NCBI GenBank assembly: GCA_963847625.1
Contig: CAWKAR010000041.1
Coordinates: 1 to 64,000, forward strand
Length of the DNA: 64,000 nucleotides
From: a candidate division FCPU426 bacterium
GTDB lineage: Bacteria; Oederibacteriota; Muellerivitia; Muellerivitales; Muellerivitaceae
Direction: 5' to 3'
This document shows, piece by piece, positions 29,983 to 39,180 of this stretch (its first letter is position 1; each line of letters starts with the position of its first letter). A model generated the notes under the pieces. That model worked only from the letters and a program-made list of their open reading frames with translations, was not told the DNA's origin and made no database searches. The position numbers and the translations under genes are program-made.

Positions 29983-30267
29983 GTGAAAACAGCCCATATC
30001 CATCAAGCGGCGCACTGCGTGAAGGCCATCGCGCATCCGATCAGGCTTTCGATCCTGTCGATGCTGGCCGAAGGGGAGAAGAACGTGCAGGAGCTGACCC
30101 GGGGCGTGGGGACCAGCCAATCCAACATCTCCCAGCACCTGTTTCAGATGCGGGCCCGGAACATCGTGGTGACACGCCGGGAAGGCAATATGGTTTATTA
30201 CTCGATCCAAAACCCGAAACTACTCAAGCTCATCGAGCTGATGCGGGAAATTTTCTGTGAGGGTTGA
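29983..30267 (+). CDS. ArsR/SmtB-family regulator (BigR/HlyU-like)
   Basis: KAIAHPIRLSIL, SQSNISQHL, V.TRREG..VYYS; C-terminal FC. Confidence 0.9.
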   Translation: MKTAHIHQAAHCVKAIAHPIRLSILSMLAEGEKNVQELTRGVGTSQSNISQHLFQMRARNIVVTRREGNMVYYSIQNPKLLKLIELMREIFCEG

Positions 30268-30283
30268 TTTTTTTTACCCATCT

Positions 30284-30303
30284 ATATTAGAATATATTAA
30301 TAT
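30284..30303. promoter_or_regulatory. Second putative ArsR operator
   Basis: ATATTAG-N6-TTAATAT. Confidence 0.55.
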
Positions 30304-30321
30304 ACTTAAAAGGAACTGGAA

Positions 30322-30846
30322 ATGAGGGTATTAATCGGGATTTTAATCGGGTGCCTCCTGGGATTCGGCTATTACAAGCTGGTGGGTTGCCCCACAGGCG
30401 GCTGCCCCATCACTTCCAATCCCTGGACCAGCACTCTTTACGGGGCCCTGATGGGCCTCTTGATCGCGACATCCGGCGGATCTTTCGGCGCCGGCACTGA
30501 CACAAAAAAGGAGGAGACCATGAAAGACACAAAGGAATTCACGGTGCAGAACTGGGACAAGGAGGTTTTGAAATCCAGCAAGCCGGTATTGGTGGATTTT
30601 TGGGCCCCTTGGTGCGGTCCCTGTCGGATGCAAGGCCCCATTGTGGAGCAGTTAGCCAAGGACATGGGCGATTCGGCGGTAATAGGGAAGCTCAACAGCG
30701 ACGACAATCCTGAAATTGCCGCGCAGTACGGAATCCGGGGCATTCCCACCTTGATGGTTTTCCTCAACGGCAAACCCAAGAGGACCTTTGTGGGCGTGAC
30801 CCAGTCCGAGGCGCTCAAGGCGGCCTTGCAGGAAGCGCTGAATTGA
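30322..30846 (+). CDS. trxA: Thioredoxin with fused N-terminal DUF6132-like membrane domain; internal start at 30520 likely
   Basis: GC.TG.CPITSNP domain, then VDFWAPWCGPC and GIPTL; AAGGAGG before ATG 30520. Confidence 0.85.
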   Translation: MRVLIGILIGCLLGFGYYKLVGCPTGGCPITSNPWTSTLYGALMGLLIATSGGSFGAGTDTKKEETMKDTKEFTVQNWDKEVLKSSKPVLVDFWAPWCGPCRMQGPIVEQLAKDMGDSAVIGKLNSDDNPEIAAQYGIRGIPTLMVFLNGKPKRTFVGVTQSEALKAALQEALN

Positions 30847-30962
30847 AAAATGAATCCGCACTGGGGGCAGTCAAGGGGGGCCTGCCCCCAACCCTTTCCT
30901 CATAGGAGGCGGGGTAGGTTATTTTCATGTGATGAGATTCAACTAGTTATACTAAGGATTGC

Positions 30963-31430
30963 ATGAGTCGAAAAACTGATTTTTTATCAAAAAATAACCG
31001 ATGGGGAAAATCCTTGTTATGGGTCCCGACGGTCCTACTCTTGCTAAGTTTTCTTGGGGCCGGCATGGCCCTCGCGAAAGACAAGGCAAAACCCAGGCAG
31101 TCGGGCGTAATGATCTTAACGGCCGCCAACTGGAATAAAGCCGTGCTTAGGGTCAAGAAACCCGTTCTGGTGGACTTCTGGGCCACCTAGTGCGGCCCTT
31201 GCCGGATGCAGGGACTCATCGTGGAAAAAGTGGCGCAGGAAATCGGGGACAAGGCGTTGGTGGGCAAGCTCGACACCGACGATAACCGGGAAATCGCAGC
31301 CAGGTACGGGATCATGTACATTCCAACCTTGATAGTTTTCAAACACGGTAAAATCCAGGCGCGTTTCACTTCGGTGACAAGGGGAAGCACCCTCCTGGCC
31401 GCGCTTAGGAAGGCAAGGAAAAAACCATGA
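30963..31430 (+). pseudogene. Signal-peptide-bearing thioredoxin interrupted by in-frame TAG at the W of WCGPC
   Basis: VDFWAT-TAG(31188-31190)-CGPCRMQGLIVE...IPTL, all in one frame. Confidence 0.75.
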
Positions 31431-32077
31431 AGCAGTCCTCGGAACAAATGCAACGTGATTTCGACAAAGAAGCCTCATCCTGGGACGAGAATCCGGGGCG
31501 TGTGAAGCTCGCGGCGGACGTGGCGGAGGCTATCAAGAACCATGTGCCGATCAGGAACGACATGGATGTTTTGGATTTCGGCTGCGGAACCGGGTTGGTC
31601 ACGCTCCATCTCCAACCCCTCGTGGGAACCATCACGGGCATGGACAGTTCCCAAGGCATGCTCGGGGTCCTGCGGGATAAGGCCGAAAAAAGGGGATTGA
31701 AAAACGTAAAAACCAAATTCCTGGACTTGGAAAAGGGCGGTGTGCTGGAGGGCTGTTACCACCTCATTGTCAGCAGTATGGCCCTGCACCACGTTCCGGA
31801 AACGGCCGAGTTGATTTCGAAGTTCCACGCAATTTTAAAGCCAAGAGGGGTCCTGGCCCTGGCGGACCTGGATCCGGATGGGGGGCTCTTTCACGAGGAC
31901 AACACCGGGGTTTTCCACCAAGGTTTCGACCGCTCGGAACTGGCATCCATTTATCGGCAGGCGAGTTTCGAGAATGTCCAGGATTGGACGGCGGCCCAGG
32001 TGGTGAAACCCGCGCCCAGAGGCGGGACCAGGAATTTCACGGTGTTTCTCATGACCGGCGATAAAAAAGGCCGGTGA
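31427..32077 (+). CDS. Class I SAM-dependent methyltransferase
   Basis: FDKEA..WD, VLDFGCGTG, SSMALHHV, LKP.G.L.LADL. Confidence 0.9.
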   Translation: MKQSSEQMQRDFDKEASSWDENPGRVKLAADVAEAIKNHVPIRNDMDVLDFGCGTGLVTLHLQPLVGTITGMDSSQGMLGVLRDKAEKRGLKNVKTKFLDLEKGGVLEGCYHLIVSSMALHHVPETAELISKFHAILKPRGVLALADLDPDGGLFHEDNTGVFHQGFDRSELASIYRQASFENVQDWTAAQVVKPAPRGGTRNFTVFLMTGDKKGR

Positions 32078-32129
32078 ACGGTTCTGGAAACTGAAATTTT
32101 GATATGAATTCAAACGGGGAGGAGAAAAA

Positions 32130-32321
32130 ATGAAAAACGTGGGATCTTACGACAGGTTGATCCGGTTCATCGCGGCGGGCGTCCTGATCGCCGACGGTTT
32201 TTTTGAGGCGGGAACAACCAGGTACGTCTTGTGGGCTGTTTCGCTGATACCTTTAGCCACCGCCACCTTCAGGTTTTGCCCCTTATGGGTGCCGTTCAAG
32301 ATCAACACTTATAAAAAATAA
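32130..32321 (+). CDS. DUF2892 (YgaP-like) small membrane protein
   Basis: MKNVG..DR.IR...L.TA...FCPL...FKINT; GGAGG RBS. Confidence 0.85.
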   Translation: MKNVGSYDRLIRFIAAGVLIADGFFEAGTTRYVLWAVSLIPLATATFRFCPLWVPFKINTYKK

Positions 32322-32621
32322 GCGATTGGATTAAAGACCCAATAACACTAACCGGTTTTTCTTCGATCGTTCCCAAGGCCTGGAACCTGCTGGGAGGTTA
32401 CCTTTCCTATTTGCGCCTTTATCCCCAAGGCCCGGTTGCGAATTAGAAAAATCATCGTATCTTCAATAACTCTCCCCGTTTTTCCTAAAAAAGATAATAT
32501 AAAAACAATTTAGCAGCAATAAAGACGGCTCGCGGTTTGTTTGCCGGACCCTTCGGCGATTTCACCGGCAGTTTCGTTATCTGTTCGATCAAACTTGGGG
32601 ACCCACTCGTTCTTTTTCCAT

Positions 32622-33530
32622 TTAAGCGAAAAAAGTTTTCGGGTTTTCGCAGGTTTCCACTTCCGGCTCCAAGGTAACGTGCTGGATGCCCCACTTCTCA
32701 TGCAGGTATGTTTTGAGGCTCTTGATGAGGCCGGCCACGGCTGAAGCGTCGGTTTTAGGGTTTACCACGACATGGGCCGTGAAAAGGCGTTGACCAGGGC
32801 CGTTTTCCCAGAGATGGACATGGTGAATGTGGATACCCGGGAACACCAGGGCCACATCCTTGGCCACTTCCCCCGAATCCATATCGTGCGGAACCCCCTC
32901 CAAGAGGGTTGAAAATGTCATGCGCAGGAGCCTGAAAGCGCCGAAAAATATCAAGAAACCGATAGCTAACGCGGTGAACGGGTCCAGCCAAGGTCCTGCC
33001 GCGGTGCGGGCGAACAATGCCGCCATCACCACGGCAAGGGAGGAAAGGGTATCCTGGATCATATGAAGGAAGGAGCTTCGCACGTTGACGTCGTCGCGGT
33101 CGTGACGGCGCAGCAGTAGCACCGACCCCGCGTTCGCGGCCAGCGCCAACAGGGCCACCGTTAACATGATGCCTTGGGAGGGCGGGTGAGGTTGACACAG
33201 CCTTTGGATGACTTCCCGGGTGATAAGAGCGGCTATGACGAAAAGGACGACGGCGTTGGTGGTGGCCGCGATCACCTCCGCCCGCTTGAAACCATAGGTG
33301 TGGCGGGAGGTGGCCGGGAGGCGCCCGATCCGGCGGGCGCTAATGGTCAGGAGAAGGGCCACCACGTCCCCGAAATTGTGCGCTGAATCCGAGAGGAGCG
33401 CCAGGCTCCCCGAGAAAAGGCCGCCCAGGAGTTCCCCCAAGCTGATGGCCGAGTTCAGGAGGAAGGAAATCCAAAGCCTTCGGTCGAGGTTCGGGTGGAT
33501 GGGAGGTTGCGGTTCATGGACATGGCTCAT
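32622..33530 (-). CDS. Cation diffusion facilitator transporter (CzcD/ZitB-like)
   Basis: SLALLSDSAHNFGD, TYGFKRAE, LH...D, HHVHLW, HVTLE. Confidence 0.9.
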   Translation of the reverse strand: MSHVHEPQPPIHPNLDRRLWISFLLNSAISLGELLGGLFSGSLALLSDSAHNFGDVVALLLTISARRIGRLPATSRHTYGFKRAEVIAATTNAVVLFVIAALITREVIQRLCQPHPPSQGIMLTVALLALAANAGSVLLLRRHDRDDVNVRSSFLHMIQDTLSSLAVVMAALFARTAAGPWLDPFTALAIGFLIFFGAFRLLRMTFSTLLEGVPHDMDSGEVAKDVALVFPGIHIHHVHLWENGPGQRLFTAHVVVNPKTDASAVAGLIKSLKTYLHEKWGIQHVTLEPEVETCENPKTFFA

Positions 33531-33594
33531 GGCGGCCTACCTTCATACGGTTGGATTTTCTTTCCCCGATATTAACGGATGAAGAAAGAAAAAC

Positions 33595-34410
33595 CTAAAA
33601 ACCTTCGGCTACGATCTTGATGCTGATGGTGGGATCTGCCTTCCTGCGCTTGTAAACGACTTCTTCCATATCCTCCAGGACCGGGACCACCGCCTCGCCC
33701 GCGCCGATCAGGCTCAAGTGGGCGGATTTCAAGGTGCCGGGATAGCTGTGAAGACCCGCGAAGTGCTTGGGGGACTGGTGGATGTAGGTATAGCCCTGGG
33801 GATCGTAGCGGCAGGCGGATTCGATCACCGGCTTCTGTTCGCCTTTGTTCAAGGCCTTCGTCAGCATGACTTCCAGGCTGTCCTCGTCCAATCGACGATC
33901 TGAAATGTCGAAAAACACGGAGGATACGCAATAATTCTTTTTAGGCGCCAAACGGAACTTTTTAGACGCCTCTTGGACCGAATGGAACAACTTTTCGGGT
34001 TCCTCCTGATGAGCCATTTCCTTGCTGACGATCTCGCTCAAGCTGACGGTCTTCACCGGTTCCCCAATGATCTGGTTGCTTCTTTCGAACATCAGCTTTC
34101 CGTCCTTTTCGGGACTGCAGGTATAGAGTTCGTCAATCAACTTTTTAGACGCGGGGTCGTATATTAGGACCCGGTGGGACTCCGAAAGGATCCAGGAATA
34201 TTTCAACACATCCTCCGCTCCCACATTCCCGAGGCCGGGATAGGGGACAAAATCCAGGATAATGAAATTGTTTTTCAGGACTGTTTCAGTGCCGAATTCT
34301 AGCAGAGCTGAACACCGTTTTTTCACGTCCCCGGGGAAAGAGACGTTCTCATAAACCGAGAAAAGACCCGTGCCTTTGGCGTATTTTGAATCATCAAAGG
34401 ATTCAATCAT
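33595..34410 (-). CDS. Hypothetical protein (271 aa)
   Basis: Long ORF co-oriented between the NifX-like and CDF genes; no recognised motif. Confidence 0.6.
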   Translation of the reverse strand: MIESFDDSKYAKGTGLFSVYENVSFPGDVKKRCSALLEFGTETVLKNNFIILDFVPYPGLGNVGAEDVLKYSWILSESHRVLIYDPASKKLIDELYTCSPEKDGKLMFERSNQIIGEPVKTVSLSEIVSKEMAHQEEPEKLFHSVQEASKKFRLAPKKNYCVSSVFFDISDRRLDEDSLEVMLTKALNKGEQKPVIESACRYDPQGYTYIHQSPKHFAGLHSYPGTLKSAHLSLIGAGEAVVPVLEDMEEVVYKRRKADPTISIKIVAEGF

Positions 34411-34473
34411 TGGGTTTTTGCGCGGCCTTTCTTAAACGGTTGGGAATGTGCGTTATTCAAAGCAGATTCATTT

Positions 34474-34872
34474 TTAGTGTTTGGAACACTGTGAGGACGA
34501 ATAATCTTGTCCGGCCCCATGGCCGCCGCAGCATTCCGCCATGGTCGCGGCCTGGAGGCTGTTTGATTTATATCCCGTGACGACTTCTCCCACCGTGCGG
34601 TGTTCGGAAATAAACACCTGGATACCGGCGGCTTGGAGTTTGTGAAGGGCCCCCTTTCCAATGCCCCCAACCACGACGCCGTCGACAGTTTCGCCGGATA
34701 GCGATTGGACGGGCCGGCATTCCCCGTGCTCGTGGTGTTGTGACTGTGGGGGGAGAGAACGGCAATTTCCGCTTTCAGTATCAACGATCAGGAATTGGGG
34801 AGCGGAGCCGAAATGACGGCTGATCTCGCTTTGAAGACCATTGTTTTCTTGGACTGGAATGCAGAGTTTCAT
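34474..34872 (-). CDS. NifB/NifX-family (FeMo-cofactor-binding-like) protein
   Basis: MKLCIP, HFGSAP.F.IVD, GGIGKGA..KL...GI; His/Cys-rich tail; AAGGAG RBS. Confidence 0.85.
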   Translation of the reverse strand: MKLCIPVQENNGLQSEISRHFGSAPQFLIVDTESGNCRSLPPQSQHHEHGECRPVQSLSGETVDGVVVGGIGKGALHKLQAAGIQVFISEHRTVGEVVTGYKSNSLQAATMAECCGGHGAGQDYSSSQCSKH

Positions 34873-34913
34873 GGGGTTGACTCCTTTGAAAAACAGATTC
34901 AATCAAATCTATT

Positions 34914-34929
34914 ATGAGCATATGTTCAT
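34914..34929. promoter_or_regulatory. Near-perfect palindrome, candidate DUF134 operator
   Basis: ATGAGCAT-ATGTTCAT upstream of the NifX-like gene. Confidence 0.55.
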
Positions 34930-35029
34930 TACGGTCAAGGGAAAAATTCGGAGCATTGTATATTTTGGGTAGATATGGGAAATAATAGAAAAAGGTAAAA
35001 GGTTAGGAACATTCAGGGATGTAAAAGGG

Positions 35030-35335
35030 TTACTTTGTTTTTTGTGACGAATTTTTAATTTCTGCCTGAATTTGAAGGGCATTACCCTTGACCAGGGCCG
35101 AGGCGACTTTCTTTCGGGCCGACTCGAGGATGCGCCCGAAAGTGGGACGGGAGATACCCATTTTTTTCGCGGCCTTCTCGTGGTAAAGGCCCTCGTAATC
35201 GGCGAGGCGCAGGGATTCCATTTCATCGGCTTCCAAGCGGATTTCCTCCAACTCGTCCATTGGAATGCCCCGGGGCTTGAAATAATTCGAGTCGGGGCGG
35301 CATTCGATGCGGCGTGGGCAGCGTGGTCTGGGCAT
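35030..35335 (-). CDS. DUF134 (UPF0251) HTH protein
   Basis: MPRPRC.R.I...P...YFKPRG, E.E.LRL.D.EG, AA.KMGISRPTF.RI..SARKKVA.ALV.G. Confidence 0.9.
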   Translation of the reverse strand: MPRPRCPRRIECRPDSNYFKPRGIPMDELEEIRLEADEMESLRLADYEGLYHEKAAKKMGISRPTFGRILESARKKVASALVKGNALQIQAEIKNSSQKTK

Positions 35336-35654
35336 GTTTTCTCCGGCGCCTATCATAAACCGGCGCGGAAAAACCGCAAGGGGCCGCCTGAAAAACTGTG
35401 TGGGGCGACTATTCCGAACCAAACCAGAAATGATTCAACCTGGTCAGTGGAAGACCGAATTCATTGCTTGCACAAGGCGATGATCTCTGGTATGAAAAAC
35501 AGGTTGATTGGGTCCGCCGGCGGCAGGACCGGCGCGCCCAAGAGGATTATCTCGGCGACTTCCCCGCGCAAACGGCCCGGGTTCCCACCCGCCGCTAGAA
35601 CACCCACCCCCAGCGCCGAAGACCTGAACCTGCCCATGAAAGGAAGTCCATCCT

Positions 35655-36830
35655 ATGGCTCATGACCCGCTGACACCCTACGGAAACCGGCCGATGGTGA
35701 CCCCCATCGTCAACGCCGTGAATTACGAATATCTCTCGTTCGAGGTGTTGCGCCAAATCACCGACGGCGAGATCGACGGTTACACCTACCACCGCGACGA
35801 CAACCCGACCGTGAGGCACGTGGAAAAACAAATCGCGGCCCTGGAGGGCGCGGAAGACTGCATCGTCTGCACGACCGGCATGGCGGCCTGCACCATGGTG
35901 TTCCTGACCTACTTGAACGCGGGCGACCACTTGATCCTTTTCCGCGACATTTACGGCGCGAACTACAAGGTTTCCCTCATCCTGGAGCGCCTCGGCGTGA
36001 AGATCACCTGGCTTGATTCCGAGGACGTGCCGCGCATCAAAAAGCACCTTCGCCCGCGCACGCGCATGATTTTCCTGGAAACGCCCACCAACCCGCTTTG
36101 CAAGGTCATCGACATCGCCGCGGTCCGGAAGGCGGCTGACACCGTCAAGGCCATGCTTGTGGTCGACAACACCTTCGCCACGCCCTATCACCAAAAGCCG
36201 CTCAAGATGGGGGCCGACCTGGTCGTGCACAGCGCCACCAAGGCGCTGGGGGGCCATAACGACCTGATGGCCGGGGCCATCGCCGGGTCGAAAGAGCACT
36301 ACAACGACCTATGGTTCACGCGGCAGGCCATCGGCACGACGCTGGACGCCTACTCCGCCTTCCTGCTGGACCGGGGCCTCAAGACCTTCGACATACGCGC
36401 CGACGCCATGGCGCGGGGTGGCCAGGCCGTGGCGAAGTTCCTGTCGAAGCAACCCCAGATTTCCCGCCTCTCCTATCCGGGGCTGCCCGGCACCCCCGGC
36501 CACGAAGTGGCCAAGCGCCAGATGCGCAAGGGCTTCGGCGGCATGATGGCCTTCGACGTGGGCAAGGACGAGGAGGACGCCAAGCGTTTCATCGTGGCCT
36601 TGAAAGTGATTTACCACGCCGTGAGCCTGGGGGCCACCGAGACGCTCATCTGCATCCCGTACCTGACCACCATGCTTTATATGCCGCCCGAACTGCGCCC
36701 CCTTTGCGGGGTCAAAAAGAACACCGTCCGTCTGGCCCTGGGAATCGAACCGGCCGATAAGCTGGTGGCGGACTTGAAGCAGGCGTTGGCTTGCGTGTCG
36801 AAACCCACCAGGGTGGGCACCAAGAAATAA
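35655..36830 (+). CDS. Cys/Met metabolism PLP enzyme (cystathionine gamma-synthase/methionine gamma-lyase family)
   Basis: Y.R..NPT, TGMAA, ETPTNP, VDNTFATP, HSATK..GGHND, AVSLG..ETL. Confidence 0.9.
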   Translation: MAHDPLTPYGNRPMVTPIVNAVNYEYLSFEVLRQITDGEIDGYTYHRDDNPTVRHVEKQIAALEGAEDCIVCTTGMAACTMVFLTYLNAGDHLILFRDIYGANYKVSLILERLGVKITWLDSEDVPRIKKHLRPRTRMIFLETPTNPLCKVIDIAAVRKAADTVKAMLVVDNTFATPYHQKPLKMGADLVVHSATKALGGHNDLMAGAIAGSKEHYNDLWFTRQAIGTTLDAYSAFLLDRGLKTFDIRADAMARGGQAVAKFLSKQPQISRLSYPGLPGTPGHEVAKRQMRKGFGGMMAFDVGKDEEDAKRFIVALKVIYHAVSLGATETLICIPYLTTMLYMPPELRPLCGVKKNTVRLALGIEPADKLVADLKQALACVSKPTRVGTKK

Positions 36831-36948
36831 AAAGGGTTTCTCCGGCAATTTTGCGGCCGGACCCAATTGATAAGCCGGTCAAACTCCATCCGCTAACCCG
36901 GTTCCAGGAGGCCGCTAACGCTTTAAAATTCAGGTTGAAAGGCTGCCT

Positions 36949-37359
36949 ATGGGGAAAGTTTACAAACAAATCGATAAACGGGTCGCTTCCCGGCTCGATA
37001 CCCAAATATCGGTCATCATCAGGGAGATGGATGGTGAGGATGAAATAGAAAGGCTTCTTGACCGGGATAAGAAGGAAATAAAAACCGACACGTTGAATAT
37101 AAGCCTAAGCGGCATGTCCCTGGTGGGGTGCAAGACGCTAAAGGTCGGCGAAAAATTGAACCTTGATATTATGCTTCCCGGCACGACAGTCATAATAAGG
37201 GCCATTGCCGAAGTGGTCAGGTCGAACGAAAAGGGCGCGGGCATCCATTTCCTGGCCATGAAAAAAGGTGGGATGAAAACCTTGAAAACTTATCTCGATG
37301 ATGTCGCCTCTAAAAGCAATCAAAAAAAGGGGTTGTTTTCCCGATGGTTACATTTTTAA
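36949..37359 (+). CDS. PilZ domain protein
   Basis: KRVASR (RxxxR) and NISLSG (N/DxSxxG); AEVVR, GIHF. Confidence 0.8.
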   Translation: MGKVYKQIDKRVASRLDTQISVIIREMDGEDEIERLLDRDKKEIKTDTLNISLSGMSLVGCKTLKVGEKLNLDIMLPGTTVIIRAIAEVVRSNEKGAGIHFLAMKKGGMKTLKTYLDDVASKSNQKKGLFSRWLHF

Positions 37360-37751
37360 AGACCAAAATATTTAAGAAGTTGGATTTCGGGCGCTCGGGT
37401 TGTGGTCAGCCTAAAGTGAAAAATGTCCGCACCGCATGCCGAACCTCTATTAGGCTTTCAATGAAAGTTCGGTATAGTACCAATCACATTATCTGTTTTA
37501 TGGAGAATTGGCACCGCGTAGGGCAGGGCTTCGGGTCGCCACTTGGGCGGGGCATGGAACCCCGCCCAAGTACACGGCTAGGCCCCCGGGCATGCCGACA
37601 TTCAATAAGATGTCAAAAGTGGCCGGTATAGTACCGATTTCCATATAGGCTTTTTTGATGAATCGGCACAAGCCCGGGGCCTTTGCAGTCGGTAAAATCC
37701 TTGCCGAACCGGTAACCTATATTGGAATAGACCGAAAGGAGGCTGTGCTGT

Positions 37752-37780
37752 TTGAATAAATGTATCAAATCGGATACAAT
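37752..37780 (+). promoter_or_regulatory. TA promoter with embedded operator
   Basis: TTGAAT-N17-TACAAT containing TGTATC-N6-GATACA. Confidence 0.65.
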
Positions 37781-37786
37781 TACCAC

Positions 37787-38170
37787 ATGAATGAGGGATG
37801 GACCGTAAAATATTTCTACACCGAAGACGGAAAAGTCCCTTTTTCTGAATGGTTTAATAAATTGGATGTTTCGGTTCGGAAAAAGGTAGACCCTTACATC
37901 ACCAGGATGCGCGCCGGGAATTTTAGTAATTGCAAACCGCTCAAGGGAATCCCGGATATTTGCGAACTTGTCATGGATTTCGGCCCCGGATATAGGGCCT
38001 ATTACATTAGAGCGGGAAAGGTTTTGCTCTTGATGTTTTGCGGCGGCATTAAGAAGGGGCAAAAGGCGGACGTAAATAAAGCCGTTAAATACCATGGGGA
38101 TTTCAAGAAACGCTTGAAGGCTGGGAAGTACCACGAACCGGAATTGGGGGAACAGCATGAGAAAACCTAA
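37787..38170 (+). CDS. Type II TA toxin, RelE/HigB (HI1419-like)
   Basis: GK.PF.EW, R..AGNF...K, EL..DFGPGYR.YY, LL.FCGG.K..Q..D. Confidence 0.88.
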   Translation: MNEGWTVKYFYTEDGKVPFSEWFNKLDVSVRKKVDPYITRMRAGNFSNCKPLKGIPDICELVMDFGPGYRAYYIRAGKVLLLMFCGGIKKGQKADVNKAVKYHGDFKKRLKAGKYHEPELGEQHEKT

Positions 38171-38504
38171 TACTGATTACAAAACCGATCTTATTGAAAG
38201 ATTAAAAAACCGGGAATACGCGATGGATTATCTCCGGGAATCCTTCAATTTAAGCCTGGAAGATGGCGACGGCGCAACCTACCAATTGGCGCTAAGGGAC
38301 GTAGCCGAGGCGCAAGGGGGTGTCGCCGTTATTTCCAAGCGGGCTGGAATGCAACGTGAGAACACCTACCGGGTTTTATCGAAGGAACGTAATCCCCGTT
38401 TCGACAGCATCCTCAAATTATCCAAAGCCGTGGGCTTTGACTTGTCGAATCAGAAGATAAAATGGGATAAAAAACACCATCCGCCTTTAGCTGTTGCCCA
38501 TTAA
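38157..38504 (+). CDS. Type II TA antitoxin, HigA (HI1420-like HTH)
   Basis: ALRDVAEAQGG, RE..YR.LS..RNP.F.S; overlaps the toxin stop. Confidence 0.88.
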   Translation: MRKPNTDYKTDLIERLKNREYAMDYLRESFNLSLEDGDGATYQLALRDVAEAQGGVAVISKRAGMQRENTYRVLSKERNPRFDSILKLSKAVGFDLSNQKIKWDKKHHPPLAVAH

Positions 38505-38700
38505 TATTGCGACCCTGAACTCCGGGAGAGCTGGTAGAAGGAAAAAGGGGCCAAACATTCAACACTTTAAAATTTACTTGGTATTCCCCGAACATTTTGC
38601 GAAGGATTAGAAAACTCTTACGATAGATCTCCCACAATTTCTTCCGCGAAGTTCCATGATTTCAGGCACCTATTTCCCGTCCGGGAAACAGGGGTTCTTT

Positions 38701-39180
38701 TTAACCGCCGTATTTCCAGCCGGTCGAGGACAGCAGAAGCGGGCCCTTGGCCGGGCCCAGTTCCGCCCCGACCACTTCCGCCACGAAAACCGCGTGGTCG
38801 CCCCGTTCCACCAGATCCGTGACCCGGCACTCCAGATAACCGGCCATCGACGGGAAAAAGGGGAATTCCAGGACCCGGCTGGGCAGGAAGCGCTCCCCGG
38901 CCAAGAAGTCCCCCTCGGGTTCCACGTGCTTGAAAAGTTTCTGGGCCAGGTCCTTCTGGCCCGCCCCCAGGTAATTCACCAGGAAGGCGCCGGCGGTTTT
39001 CACCACCCGGAAGGTATGGGAATCAGCCTTCAGGGCGGTCATGACCAGGGGCGGCTTGAGGGAGGCCTGGGAAAACCAAGTGATGGTGGAGGCGGCCATG
39101 AGGCCGCCCGCCCGCGCCGTGATGACGTAGAGGGCGTCGGGAATCATGAGCAGAAGTTTTTTCTTGGCAGATTCGTCCAT
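38701..39180 (-). CDS. Flavin reductase family protein
   Basis: LYVIT, W.SQAS.KPPL, LECRV......GDH.VFVAEVV. Confidence 0.88.
   Translation of the reverse strand: MDESAKKKLLLMIPDALYVITARAGGLMAASTITWFSQASLKPPLVMTALKADSHTFRVVKTAGAFLVNYLGAGQKDLAQKLFKHVEPEGDFLAGERFLPSRVLEFPFFPSMAGYLECRVTDLVERGDHAVFVAEVVGAELGPAKGPLLLSSTGWKYGG

Noticed and set aside
31188..31190. Pyrrolysine or genome-wide TAG reassignment
   Set aside because: TAG acts as a normal stop elsewhere in the window, the position requires Trp, and no pyl genes are visible.
34474..34872. Nitrogen fixation gene
   Set aside because: Stand-alone NifX-like proteins next to DUF134 are common in non-diazotrophs; no nif structural genes here.
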